NCBI GenBank assembly: GCA_021789155.1
Contig: JAJYJW010000002.1
Span: 1-58,697 of the forward strand
DNA: 58,697 nucleotides
Direction: 5' to 3'
From: Candidatus Micrarchaeota archaeon
GTDB taxonomy: Archaea > Micrarchaeota > Micrarchaeia > Micrarchaeales > CABMGC01
The translations under genes and the position numbers were made by a program. The notes beneath the pieces are model-generated. The model saw only the letters and a program-made list of their open reading frames with translations. It ran no database searches and had not been told where the DNA came from. Of this stretch, positions 34,396 to 44,253 are shown one piece after another. Every line of letters starts with the position of its first letter. The stretch's first letter is position 1.

Positions 34396-35169
34396 TTAAT
34401 CCTTTACTGCGATGTACCTATTCCTGTTCATGAGCGCATTCTCAAGAATTGTCGCGCTGCTGAATCCGACATTCTTCAGCGATTCCGCAAACCTGTCCGC
34501 ATCGAACATCGCAAGCTCTGAAGTATCGACGTAATAGGAAACCCCTTTGCCTTTCTCCGCTATTAGATAATGCTCCTCAAGGACCGAAATGGCAGCATCG
34601 CCACCGTTCCTCCTAACAGTGCTGTATCCGACTCTTGATATTTTCAATTCGTCGGATTCATAGTTTTTCATATGTACTGCGCCTTCATGGAACTGCTCTT
34701 CAGTAAACCATCCGTCGATTATTACAACGCCTCCAGAATTTAGGTGACTGTAGAAGTTTTTCAGGGTATTTGCCAGGTTTTGATAGGTTTTGGTATATCC
34801 TATTGCACCGAATAGACATGTTATCACGTCAAACTTTACGCCCAAGTTCATGTTAACTATGTCTGCCTCCACCAAACCTACGTCTGTGACATTCCTTCTT
34901 GCAACCTCAAGCATCTGCTCGTTCACGTCAGTTCCAGTGCATCTGAAACTGTCCTTTAGGTATTTGAGGTGCATTCCGGTTCCGCAACCCACATCCAGCA
35001 ACGCATTACCAAAATTCACCTTGTACTCATTTACCAAGTCCTTGATGATCTCGGATTCTTCCCTATAGTCCTTAGCATCGGAATATATCTGGTCATAGTA
35101 CTTTGCTAGATCTTTGTACATTATGTCTTCACCTTGTTTTTCCAAAACATTGTTTTTTACATTGTTCAT
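34396..35169 (-). CDS. class I SAM-dependent methyltransferase
   Basis: Motif I LLDVGCGTGMHL, post-I acidic TGTDVN, motif II/III spacing typical. Confidence 0.75.
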   Translation of the reverse strand: MNNVKNNVLEKQGEDIMYKDLAKYYDQIYSDAKDYREESEIIKDLVNEYKVNFGNALLDVGCGTGMHLKYLKDSFRCTGTDVNEQMLEVARRNVTDVGLVEADIVNMNLGVKFDVITCLFGAIGYTKTYQNLANTLKNFYSHLNSGGVVIIDGWFTEEQFHEGAVHMKNYESDELKISRVGYSTVRRNGGDAAISVLEEHYLIAEKGKGVSYYVDTSELAMFDADRFAESLKNVGFSSATILENALMNRNRYIAVKD

Positions 35170-35178
35170 ATTATCACA

Positions 35179-35466
35179 TCATTCGCTTACGCTAAAATCG
35201 CAATATTCAAAATCGGAATTGCCGCTCATCAACGCGGTGACATAATTGCCGAGCTCGCTTATCCAAACCCCCTTGTTCAATTCTATTTCTATCAAACCAA
35301 GTTCTGAGAGCGTCCTTGCGTTTGCCTTGAGGGTGGAAAGAGCTATTCCCTCAGAGTCGGATAGTTCGCATAGAACCGAGGTTATGGAGTATCCGCTGCG
35401 TTTCTTTATCCTGTTCAAAATCAGAAGCTGGTTCCTGCCAATAGCTCGCGCTATTACTCGTTGCAA
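35179..35466 (-). CDS. small winged-helix DNA-binding protein (MarR/ArsR-like)
   Basis: NQLLILNRIKKRSGYSITSVLCELSDSEGIALSTLKANARTLSELGLIEI has an HTH-plus-wing pattern; 95 aa. Confidence 0.5.
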   Translation of the reverse strand: MQRVIARAIGRNQLLILNRIKKRSGYSITSVLCELSDSEGIALSTLKANARTLSELGLIEIELNKGVWISELGNYVTALMSGNSDFEYCDFSVSE

Positions 35467-35589
35467 GCCTTTTGCAAGGCCATTGCTGGTTGGTACGCAT
35501 CACTTTTCATAAGTTTTCACCTTGCCAAATTCGTAGTATTAAAGTGCGATTTCAGATATATAAAAGCAATGGGCAGAAATTCTGCCTAC

Positions 35590-36381
35590 TTATTCGCCTA
35601 TACTCCATAGGTATATGGAACGCATCAAACTCCTAGGAATGTACTTGCCTAACCAGGACTTGTATATCCTGTACCCAAAAGACACTATTGCAAAACTTGG
35701 CGCTTGGGTGAATGTCCTAACTTTAGAGTCTGTTTCCACAACCACATATTCAAGAGGCATCTCCCTAACGTCGTACTTAGCAAGCTTCATCTCGTAGAGC
35801 AGGTTTACGTCGAAAGTCCAATCCTTGAGTATGAGAAGATGAAGAACGCTCTTCAAAGATTCTCCCTTGAACACCTTCGCACCGCACTGCGTATCGAGAT
35901 AATCCATTCCGAAGAGGACTCGGACTATGCCGTTGAAGAACCTGCTAGCTACGTTCCTAGATGTGCTTCTCTTCCCTATCAGCTTGCTCCCTTTCATGTA
36001 TCGCGAACCTATCAGGCCATCGCAATTCTGTTTCTGTAACTCGGTAAACATGCGAACCATTTCGCTTCCGCTTACGGACATGTCTGCATCTACGAAGCCT
36101 ATGAACTCCGGATCATAGGTTTTGCAAGCGTACTTGAACGCTTCCCTCACGACGCCGCCTTTGAAAAGGCGCTCGGTTGAATTGGGATTGTACAGGATTA
36201 TGTTCTCGCATTTCTTTTCGTATTCCCTTACTATCTGGTCTGTTTTGTCCTTGCTCTCAGATACTACGACTACCTTGCAATCAGTTCCGTAAGCTTTCAC
36301 GAACTCATCCATTACGTTGTCAAGGCGCGGAGCAATCCTGTTCTCTTCGTTATACGCTGGAATTACAAGGCAGTATTTCAT
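35590..36381 (-). CDS. family 2 glycosyltransferase (dolichyl-phosphate sugar synthase-like)
   Basis: VIPAYNEENRI, VVVVSESKDKT, GFVDADMS (DxD); soluble-size GT2 of 263 aa. Confidence 0.8.
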   Translation of the reverse strand: MKYCLVIPAYNEENRIAPRLDNVMDEFVKAYGTDCKVVVVSESKDKTDQIVREYEKKCENIILYNPNSTERLFKGGVVREAFKYACKTYDPEFIGFVDADMSVSGSEMVRMFTELQKQNCDGLIGSRYMKGSKLIGKRSTSRNVASRFFNGIVRVLFGMDYLDTQCGAKVFKGESLKSVLHLLILKDWTFDVNLLYEMKLAKYDVREMPLEYVVVETDSKVRTFTQAPSFAIVSFGYRIYKSWLGKYIPRSLMRSIYLWSIGE

Positions 36382-36517
36382 CAGAATACCAATTGAGCAG
36401 ATTAACTATGACATGCACACCTATATAATTACTGTCATAGGGTATGGACAGATTACGACAAATGAAGATATCCCTGCTTGCAACAAAGGCTTTTATATCT
36501 AGATTGCATGGAAGACA

Positions 36518-37351
36518 ATGGATGCAATGGAAGTGGTGCTCAACACTAATCAATATATTCGCAAGGTAGTCGGGATAAGCAATGCATTCGGCCCACCGGA
36601 TTCGGTGTTTAGGCAAATGCTAAAGTACAACAGCTGGATACTGGGAAAGCCGTTTTACTCTGCATGTGAGGTGTATAAATTAACCAAATCTACTGCATTT
36701 GACGCTGCATGGACAGATTTGCTTGACTCAAACATAGAAGATACGCTGAAAACGAAAAAACACCCGGAATTATTAAGACTTTTGAACGCGATAGAACTGC
36801 CCACGAGCAAAGAAACCGATGCTGGGGAAAAACGCGTGCTGCTGATATTGAAAAAACTCTTGAATAAGCATTGCTCGGAATTTGAAAGATATTCAAACAA
36901 AACATTCGAACTTAAATTCCCAGATAAAATAAACCTGGTAGTTGAATTGTCGCGCACATTCGGAACTTTCGGAGGCACTATGCCAACGAAGAACATGCTG
37001 ATCAGCATAGAAGTTCACCAGAATGATCCGAATCCAATATCAGTCGTCTTTCACGAAATGCTACATGCCCTGTTTAAGTTTAACGGGATAAAATTCAAGA
37101 CAAATTACATCGAGGAAGCATTCCTCGATTATTTCACCCTAGATGGATTACTGGAAAAGGACTTGGGGTTCATAGACAGCTTCGATGCTGAGAAGAAACA
37201 CGAATTCAACGTAATTCATCGTAGATATGCCAAGGCAGAGTCTGACGCATTGCTGCCTTTGTTCAGCAAATATGTGATTGCTGGGGCGCAAGGCAGCATA
37301 TGGAAAGCCATGAAAACCGCAGGCATGACCGACTCCTTTCTATTAAAGTAA
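36518..37351 (+). CDS. hypothetical protein with HExxH motif (possible zinc metalloprotease)
   Basis: VVFHEMLHALF is the only recognisable motif; the family was not identified. Confidence 0.45.
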   Translation: MDAMEVVLNTNQYIRKVVGISNAFGPPDSVFRQMLKYNSWILGKPFYSACEVYKLTKSTAFDAAWTDLLDSNIEDTLKTKKHPELLRLLNAIELPTSKETDAGEKRVLLILKKLLNKHCSEFERYSNKTFELKFPDKINLVVELSRTFGTFGGTMPTKNMLISIEVHQNDPNPISVVFHEMLHALFKFNGIKFKTNYIEEAFLDYFTLDGLLEKDLGFIDSFDAEKKHEFNVIHRRYAKAESDALLPLFSKYVIAGAQGSIWKAMKTAGMTDSFLLK

Positions 37352-37420
37352 TTCATTACGCGTATAATATCGTGCAATTACATCAGACGAAGATTTTTAA
37401 AAGTTTAATATGTAAGGGTC

Positions 37421-38170
37421 TTGGTGTTAAGATTGGTATTACATTTACTGGGATTGCTGTTACAAAGCAATGGCGGGGCTTACGTGAGCGCACTATCGGT
37501 ATATACTGAGGCAACTATATCGATACTGATAACGCTTCTTACCCTACTGGCTCTTTCAATACAGCTTGCAAGAGGCTACTTCCTCAGGATATTGAGGAAA
37601 TTCACTCTTAGGCTTGCCGCAGATATCTGGTGGCTTATTTACATAATATTGCGCGATGCGAGCATATTCCTTATAGTGTTCATGGGATTCATGTTATTCT
37701 GGCCTGGAATATATCAGGATTTCCCGATTGCAGTACCTTTCCAGCCTTTGGCAATAGTGGTATTTGCAGGCGCACTGCTTCTGATGTACCTTAAAGACAC
37801 GGATGAGGAGCCTTACTGGAACAGCATACTTACCATACTAGTGATAATAGGAACAACGCTGTACGCTGGAGGAACTGTGCTTGTCACTGAAAGCGCAACA
37901 CAGCTTGGAACGTTGCCACCAACAGTATCGATGAATACGGACAACATATGGGGCTTCTTCAACACTTACTTCAATTCGATGAACAACCCCGCTATGTCGA
38001 TATACACGTTCTACGTATGCTTCGTTTCACTCGTTGTGATAGCACTCATTGCCATACTCAAGTCGTTTGATGGAGGGATAAGCAACAGGAACATAGAGCC
38101 TAAACCGCAGCCGATAGTGAAGGAAACCGCGCCTGCCCAGCCAGCGCAACAGAAACAAGTAACGAAGTGA
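37421..38170 (+). CDS. integral membrane protein (about 6-7 TM), TTG/GTG start
   Basis: Repeated hydrophobic segments throughout; Pro/Gln-rich C-terminal tail; no in-frame ATG near the 5' end. Confidence 0.5.
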   Translation: MVLRLVLHLLGLLLQSNGGAYVSALSVYTEATISILITLLTLLALSIQLARGYFLRILRKFTLRLAADIWWLIYIILRDASIFLIVFMGFMLFWPGIYQDFPIAVPFQPLAIVVFAGALLLMYLKDTDEEPYWNSILTILVIIGTTLYAGGTVLVTESATQLGTLPPTVSMNTDNIWGFFNTYFNSMNNPAMSIYTFYVCFVSLVVIALIAILKSFDGGISNRNIEPKPQPIVKETAPAQPAQQKQVTK

Positions 38171-38174
38171 GCGA

Positions 38175-38624
38175 TTGGCATTCCAATTCAGCTTCGACAA
38201 TATGAAATGCATACAGTGCGGAATATGCGGTGATGTGTGCCCTGTAAATACACTAGACTTTACAAGGCCTAGGCACACGCACGTGGAAGACACGAAGATA
38301 TTCACCGATGTTACTACGGACATGACCGAATACCCTATTCAAGTAGACAAGTGCATTGGGTGCATGATATGCCGCGAAGAATGCCCAGTAACCTGCATTA
38401 GCATATTGGAAGTTGCAAAGGAACCTAAGTACGCGCCGAAGCAGGGACCAATGCTTACAGTTGAGCCAACAAAGGACGAGTTCAAACTTTCCAGATTCAC
38501 CAAGATACGCCCTACAAAAATGAAAACTAAGGATCCATGGGGCAATATCTACACGTACATTCCAAAGAGAAGGAAAGGCCAGAGCAGGACTTGGAACGAA
38601 AAGGACATGTCAGATAACAAATGA
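38175..38624 (+). CDS. 2x[4Fe-4S] ferredoxin-domain protein
   Basis: CIQCGICGDVCP and CIGCMICREECP; the ORF-track frame opens at TTG 38175, but the in-frame ATG at 38202 (MKCIQCGIC...) is the more likely start. Confidence 0.75.
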   Translation: MAFQFSFDNMKCIQCGICGDVCPVNTLDFTRPRHTHVEDTKIFTDVTTDMTEYPIQVDKCIGCMICREECPVTCISILEVAKEPKYAPKQGPMLTVEPTKDEFKLSRFTKIRPTKMKTKDPWGNIYTYIPKRRKGQSRTWNEKDMSDNK

Positions 38625-38676
38625 TGGCAGACGGGTCAAGGCTTAAATACTTTTAAAATGCTTTATAAGCGATTGG

Positions 38677-39990
38677 ATGGAACCTGGAAAGGACATAGAT
38701 TTCATTGAGAGCAGAGCGTTCGAGCTTATGGAACGCAGGCTAGCGCTGCTGCCAGATACAGAAGCAAGACGCAAATTCATAGCCAACACTGTAAAAAGCA
38801 TTCAAGGAGACGCATCTCAAGAAACAATAGACCAGATAATTAAAGACTCTGAAAGCTTTGGGAAGATAGAACCGCTTCTTAACGATCCGGATATTGAAGA
38901 CATAATGATAAACAACACTTCGAACATTTTCGCATACACGAAAAGCTCAGGTCATAAGAAAATGGATTTCACACTTGATAAGAAAGACCTTGACATATTA
39001 GTAAAGAGACTTAAGCTCTATGCAACCACTACCCTAGCAGATGACAATATCTCGGACATTCACCTGCCTAACGGTTCAAGGGCAAACATAGTTTCTTCAC
39101 CTATGGGTGCAAACGTAACTATTAGGAACTTCAGCCCTGTTGCACTGAGCATAATAGACTTGATAAATGCCGGCGAGTTGAGCTACAACCTTGCGGCAAG
39201 ATTGTGGATATACGTTGACGGTTTGAAAGTCAGGCCTGCCAACCTGCTCATTGGGGGAATACCTGGAAGCGGTAAGACGACTTTGCTCAACGCGATGTTC
39301 AGCTTCTTCAGGCCAGAACAGAGAATAGTAGTTCTGGAAGAAACCTACGAATTGAACACGGAAACGCAGGAAAACTGCGTTAGATTGGAAACAAGTCCAG
39401 AACTGCCGCTTACGGAACTCGTCAAGAACACGCTCAGAATGCGCCCTGACATGATAATAATCGGAGAGGTGAGAGGCGAAGAGGCAAAGGACATGATGAC
39501 TGCGATGAACATCGGAAAGATGGTCATGTGCACGATTCACGCAAGCACTGCGCGAGATGCGGTGACTAGACTACAGCATTCACCTATGAACATAGAAATG
39601 GACATCCTCCCTCTAATCGACGCAATCATAATAATATCGCAGATAGAGGAATCAGGCAAACGAATAAGAAAAATAAGCCAAGTATCCGAAATATCAGGCA
39701 TAGAAACCCAAGTCCTTTTGTCTGACCTTTACAGCTACGACTACAAAACGCACCACAGCTCTGAAATACTGCCTAGCGTAACATACAGGGACCTCCTTTC
39801 TAGGTTAAGCGGTTATCCGCCATCCGAAATAATTCTCGAAGAGCAAAGGCGTGCTAAAATACTGGAAAGGCTCAACCAACTGGGAATCAAGGGTCTGAAA
39901 GACATCAACGCCTTCTGCAAGGAATACTACACAGATCCTGAAAAGGCCCTGGAGAAGATAGGCCTTTCGTCATTGGGAGTGCTGAGGTAG
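38677..39990 (+). CDS. type II/IV secretion-family ATPase (archaeal type IV pilus / archaellum FlaI-PilB-like)
   Basis: Walker A GGIPGSGKTTLLNAMF, Asp box/Walker B RPDMIIIGEVRGEEA, His box TIHAS. Confidence 0.8.
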   Translation: MEPGKDIDFIESRAFELMERRLALLPDTEARRKFIANTVKSIQGDASQETIDQIIKDSESFGKIEPLLNDPDIEDIMINNTSNIFAYTKSSGHKKMDFTLDKKDLDILVKRLKLYATTTLADDNISDIHLPNGSRANIVSSPMGANVTIRNFSPVALSIIDLINAGELSYNLAARLWIYVDGLKVRPANLLIGGIPGSGKTTLLNAMFSFFRPEQRIVVLEETYELNTETQENCVRLETSPELPLTELVKNTLRMRPDMIIIGEVRGEEAKDMMTAMNIGKMVMCTIHASTARDAVTRLQHSPMNIEMDILPLIDAIIIISQIEESGKRIRKISQVSEISGIETQVLLSDLYSYDYKTHHSSEILPSVTYRDLLSRLSGYPPSEIILEEQRRAKILERLNQLGIKGLKDINAFCKEYYTDPEKALEKIGLSSLGVLR

Positions 39991-39997
39991 TTGGAAC

Positions 39998-40804
39998 ATG
40001 CATACTGACAAGATATGCATGCTCTACACCGATTCTGATCAAGCATCGAAGAACATAGCAGCATGCGTGCTGAAGAATGATTTTACAGAGAACGATAATG
40101 GATTGTTCGAGCATTCATCGGGAAGCATATTCTTACACAAAATAGACGGCCCTCTTCTGAACGTTAGCGAAGAGGCTCTGCCGAAATACGACATCTTCTA
40201 TTTTCTTAGCGGACATTCAAGCTCTGCAGGGGTCGCATCAATGACAGTACATGCAGAGGGCAATTGGACTAATGAAGCGCTGTTAGGGGGCAAGCCCATG
40301 GAATTGTCGGTCGCAACCCCGACAAACATGCTGAATGCATTGCTAAACATGGAAAAGGACAAGACCGACTTAGAAAAGACATACGAGGCAACGCACCATG
40401 GGCCGTTGCTTACAAAACCTTCATGCTTCATAGAGATAGGAGGAAACCTAGAAGTAAGAAACAGCATAGCTTATGCGGAACTCCTCAGCAGGATAATAAT
40501 GAATACTGCATTGCAGGAAGAGTGCGAATTCAGCAAGATAGCGATAGGGATAGGAGGAACCCATTACGCGATGAAATTTACCAAGCTTGCAAAGGAGAAA
40601 GGCTACGCATTCTCGCACATGATGCCAAAGCACGGATTATCCGCAAACGCAGAAGACAACGCGATAATGCTCAAACAGGCGCTGGAAAGATCAGTACCTA
40701 AGGCAGAAATGGCAGTTATTGACTGGAAAAGTATAAAATCACAGGATAGGCAAGATGTAGTGCGGATGCTAAACGATTGGGGTGTGGAATACGAAAGAGT
40801 ATGA
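39998..40804 (+). CDS. dtdA: D-aminoacyl-tRNA deacylase, archaeal type (DtdA-like)
   Basis: LSGHSSSAGVASMTVHAEGNW, YEATHHGP and FIEIGG blocks as I recall them from the archaeal tRNA_deacylase family; size about 270 aa. Confidence 0.55.
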   Translation: MHTDKICMLYTDSDQASKNIAACVLKNDFTENDNGLFEHSSGSIFLHKIDGPLLNVSEEALPKYDIFYFLSGHSSSAGVASMTVHAEGNWTNEALLGGKPMELSVATPTNMLNALLNMEKDKTDLEKTYEATHHGPLLTKPSCFIEIGGNLEVRNSIAYAELLSRIIMNTALQEECEFSKIAIGIGGTHYAMKFTKLAKEKGYAFSHMMPKHGLSANAEDNAIMLKQALERSVPKAEMAVIDWKSIKSQDRQDVVRMLNDWGVEYERV

Positions 40805-42782
40805 ACTGCTTGTTACTTTGCTTACGCTTGCGATTTTATGTTCCTCTGCAAGCGCACAGTACTGGTTCCAATCCGGGGTTAAAGGGGGCAGTGCATCGGT
40901 AAACAACCATGGCGCATCTGTTAACATACAGACAATCATTCCCCAAAATCTCAACAGCGGATCTCTAGCTTTCTGGGTTGGGGAAACCCTAAGCAATGGC
41001 GCATTCCTCCAAGCTGGATATGTAATACAGAATTCAACGGGAAGCTATCCGTTGGATTGCGACATGAATGGATGTTACAATTATTCAATGCTGAGCGCAG
41101 GGCATGCAGAATGGTTTTATGAGTATTTCCCTGCAGGGTTCAACGCCAGTTTCCTAGGCAAGCTGGGCCTAGATAATTCCGCTGGAGCAAATGGAACTGT
41201 CCACACTTACGGCTTCTATGCCTCAGGAACAAAATGGTACTTCACTATGGATGGAAAGACCCTTGGAAGCATAGATCTTGGAACTTCAACTTCTGGATAT
41301 AACGTACCTGTGGCATTCGGAGAAATAGCAAACACCGATACAAACAGTCAATTCGTAACTCCAGTGCAGTTATCAAACCTATCTTTTTACGATGGAAGCA
41401 GATTTTCCCCAGTAAGAAAAGGATACGCTTACATTGGCTACGGGGAAGGGAGCGCGAAGACATTGAAGAACACGTATGGTGTTGAAGAGATTGGAAATAG
41501 GATAAACTTCTTCCAGATAGGCTCTGGATTGAGGATAACCGCAAACGATACCCAATTATGGAGCCTTGGATATACGCTGACCATAAACTCTCAATATGCA
41601 AACATAAGCAACTTTACCGGATATAGTGCTTACAGTACGCAGAGGATATCCGCGCCGCAATATGTTGAATTGGGGAACAATACCCGCGCGCGCTTTGCAG
41701 GATGGATAGGGACTGGTTCCGGATCTTATACGGGAAATTCCAACATCACTACTGTAAACATGAGGAGTAACATAACCGAGACTGCAAAATGGATAACGCA
41801 ATACTATGTTGGCGCAAATACTCCATACGGAAGCGTTAATGGCAGCGGATGGTATGACAGCGGAACAACTGCACACGTTAGCCTTGAAAGCACGACTCAC
41901 CAGCTCACCCCTACAAGCAGGTTCAGCTTCGTAAAATGGTCCGACGGAAACGATTCACCTTCTAGGAGCATATTGGTTGGCAAGCCTTACTCATTGATCG
42001 CCAGATGGAACATGCAGTATCTCGTCAATTTATCATCTAACAACAAGAACTCGAGACCAATAGGGAGCGGATGGTATTATGCGAATACCACTGCCAATAT
42101 AACTGTCAACAACACTTCATTCAACGAAAATGGAAAAGAATACGGCTTTTACGAGTGGAACGGAAGCTACTCTACGCTATTGCAGAAACCAGCATCTTCA
42201 ATATACGTAAACAAATCCTACTCCCTAACTGCGGAATTCTTCCCAATTAGGAACGTGACTTTCAATGTAGTTGGAGAAAACAACAAACCACTTGACAACG
42301 TAATCCTTCTGATAAATGACAGAACGTATTCGCAAAAGGGCACACTGTTCACTGGAGTGGAATACGCGGCTACGAAAGCGTATTACAACGGGGTGAACAT
42401 GACCTTCCAGCAACTTTTCAGCGTTGAAAGCTCTAACGTGACCATACGCATACCTGTCTACTCTGTCAGCGTGAAAACCCTTGACATATTCGACGTTCCT
42501 TTCAACACCTCTGTCACAGTCAATTTCGAAAACGGGAGCGTATATTCCGGCTATACTGGAAAGAATGGAACGATAACATTCAACAGCGTGCCTCACGGGA
42601 ACCTTACGGCAAAAATAAACTACTTCGGGTTTGAACTCAGTGCGGGCGCAGTTGCAGGAGGCGCAGCGTCGTTCAACCTAATTTCAACGTACGACTTTAT
42701 GCTTGCAATCCTGATTATTGCGGTTATAGTTATCGTGGCACTAGTTTCACGACACTACTTTACAGGTAAAAGAGCAGCATAG
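40782..42782 (+). CDS. large sequon-rich cell-surface (S-layer-like) glycoprotein candidate
   Basis: Signal peptide (LLVTLLTLAILCSSASA-QY), C-terminal TM (FMLAILIIAVIVIVALV) plus basic tail. About 27 N-x-S/T sequons by my count. Tyr/Gly/Ser/Asn-rich beta-type composition. Confidence 0.6.
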   Translation: MWNTKEYELLVTLLTLAILCSSASAQYWFQSGVKGGSASVNNHGASVNIQTIIPQNLNSGSLAFWVGETLSNGAFLQAGYVIQNSTGSYPLDCDMNGCYNYSMLSAGHAEWFYEYFPAGFNASFLGKLGLDNSAGANGTVHTYGFYASGTKWYFTMDGKTLGSIDLGTSTSGYNVPVAFGEIANTDTNSQFVTPVQLSNLSFYDGSRFSPVRKGYAYIGYGEGSAKTLKNTYGVEEIGNRINFFQIGSGLRITANDTQLWSLGYTLTINSQYANISNFTGYSAYSTQRISAPQYVELGNNTRARFAGWIGTGSGSYTGNSNITTVNMRSNITETAKWITQYYVGANTPYGSVNGSGWYDSGTTAHVSLESTTHQLTPTSRFSFVKWSDGNDSPSRSILVGKPYSLIARWNMQYLVNLSSNNKNSRPIGSGWYYANTTANITVNNTSFNENGKEYGFYEWNGSYSTLLQKPASSIYVNKSYSLTAEFFPIRNVTFNVVGENNKPLDNVILLINDRTYSQKGTLFTGVEYAATKAYYNGVNMTFQQLFSVESSNVTIRIPVYSVSVKTLDIFDVPFNTSVTVNFENGSVYSGYTGKNGTITFNSVPHGNLTAKINYFGFELSAGAVAGGAASFNLISTYDFMLAILIIAVIVIVALVSRHYFTGKRAA

Positions 42783-42829
42783 AAGCTCTTTTATTATTTT
42801 ATTATAGAACTCTATCATAGGTGTAATGC

Positions 42830-43351
42830 ATGAAAGCGGCAATAATTGTTCCTAATTCCGAATTTAGGGATGAAGCAGTATCTATGTCTAAACTCATATT
42901 TGGCAAATGGGGAGTTGATGCACACGTCATAGCTGAATCTATGGCCGCGTGCAGAGGCTCGCATGGTGCAGTTTACAAAGCAGAAGGCACGATAGACGCA
43001 TTGGATCCTAATGCCTACAACGCGATCATACTTGTCGATGGTGAAGGAATAAATACGCAGAAGCTTTACGACAATAGGAAACTTGCAGACACGCTTAAGA
43101 AATTCAACGCAGCTGAAAAACCAATATGTGCCATAGGAAACGCGGTGAAAATACTCGCAAGAGCCAACGTAATAGACGGGAAGAAAATCGCGGTTCCGGA
43201 TAACGAGGAAATACAGCGCATAGTAGGGATATACAGGGGTTTGCCAACAAAGGAAAAACTTGTATTCGACAAAAACATAGTCACGTTGAGGGACGACGAC
43301 TCCATTCAGCAGGCATTATCGCTGATATTAGCGCATCTTGGAATGCGCTGA
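42830..43351 (+). CDS. DJ-1/PfpI-family protein
   Basis: Nucleophile-elbow block KPICAIGNAVKILA; DGEG...; size 173 aa. Confidence 0.7.
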   Translation: MKAAIIVPNSEFRDEAVSMSKLIFGKWGVDAHVIAESMAACRGSHGAVYKAEGTIDALDPNAYNAIILVDGEGINTQKLYDNRKLADTLKKFNAAEKPICAIGNAVKILARANVIDGKKIAVPDNEEIQRIVGIYRGLPTKEKLVFDKNIVTLRDDDSIQQALSLILAHLGMR

Positions 43352-43657
43352 TGCCGCATTGAAATGAATGCGGATCTGGTTTCCGCATTCGCATATGCAG
43401 AACACTACTCCTTTCGAAGCGACCATTCTTTTTTTGCAGTCTATTCCAGGAACAAGCAGATTGGAGCATTTCCTGCATATTCTGTGCTTTATCTCCTTCG
43501 GTATTTTAACCCTGGAATGCTCTGCAATCTGAATAAGGAGCTTGACGTACCTATGCTCAAGACTTTTGTTCCCGTTTACGCATTTCTCTTCGGCAAGCTC
43601 GGCTAACCTTTGCATTCTAGCAATTGCTATTGAACCGTGATCGCCTTTATTCAACAA
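43328..43657 (-). CDS. RNase P protein component 4 (Rpp21/Rpr2)
   Basis: N-terminal helical RMQRLAELAEEK..., zinc ribbon CRKCSNLLVPG...CICECGNQIRI; about 110 aa. Confidence 0.7.
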   Translation of the reverse strand: MLNKGDHGSIAIARMQRLAELAEEKCVNGNKSLEHRYVKLLIQIAEHSRVKIPKEIKHRICRKCSNLLVPGIDCKKRMVASKGVVFCICECGNQIRIHFNAASAHSKMR

Positions 43658-43746
43658 ACCAACTTATCCACATTTGAATTATACTTTATAAAACCCTTTG
43701 CAAGGAATAGTGTTTTATTTTTAATCTGGGGATTAGAACCGATTAT

Positions 43747-44253
43747 ATGGATAGCAGAGGGACAATTGCGAAAACACTTGACATGATAGACGCACGTATG
43801 CACTTCGAGAACGTTTATGCGCACTGCGACATACCTTGCGGCATATACGATCCGCATGCCGCGCAAGTTGCAGCACATACAGTAGCTAGAATGGATATGC
43901 TGATAGCTGCATTACCAAAAGATAACGCAGATGAAACTAGAAACAAATTCGCAAGATACGTTGCGGTAAAGGAGCAACATGCAGAGATATGCAAGCACGA
44001 GATACGCGTGCTTTGGGGAGATTACTTCAAGGCTGAGCACAAGACGAACCATCCTGATCTTAATGAGTTGATATGGGGAACGCTGAAGAGCGCTAGCAAG
44101 GCAAAACAGAGCACCAACATCGCAGATGCCGATGATCTTCTGACAAACGTGATGAAGATAGCCGAAATATTCTGGGAAACTAAGGGAGTCAAAACGAAAA
44201 GGGTAAAGGCATTCTATCCCACTGAAAGAGAGATAGTGTATCCAGTGGTTTAA
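43747..44253 (+). CDS. sodN: nickel superoxide dismutase precursor
   Basis: Ni-hook HCDIPCGIYDP after a leader, then KEQHAEICKHEIRVLWGDYFK and IFWETKG. These are colinear with Streptomyces NiSOD (HCDLPCGVYDP...KEQRAELAKHHVSVLWSDYFK...IFWETKKA). Alternative starts at M13 or M18 would shorten the leader. Confidence 0.9.
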   Translation: MDSRGTIAKTLDMIDARMHFENVYAHCDIPCGIYDPHAAQVAAHTVARMDMLIAALPKDNADETRNKFARYVAVKEQHAEICKHEIRVLWGDYFKAEHKTNHPDLNELIWGTLKSASKAKQSTNIADADDLLTNVMKIAEIFWETKGVKTKRVKAFYPTEREIVYPVV

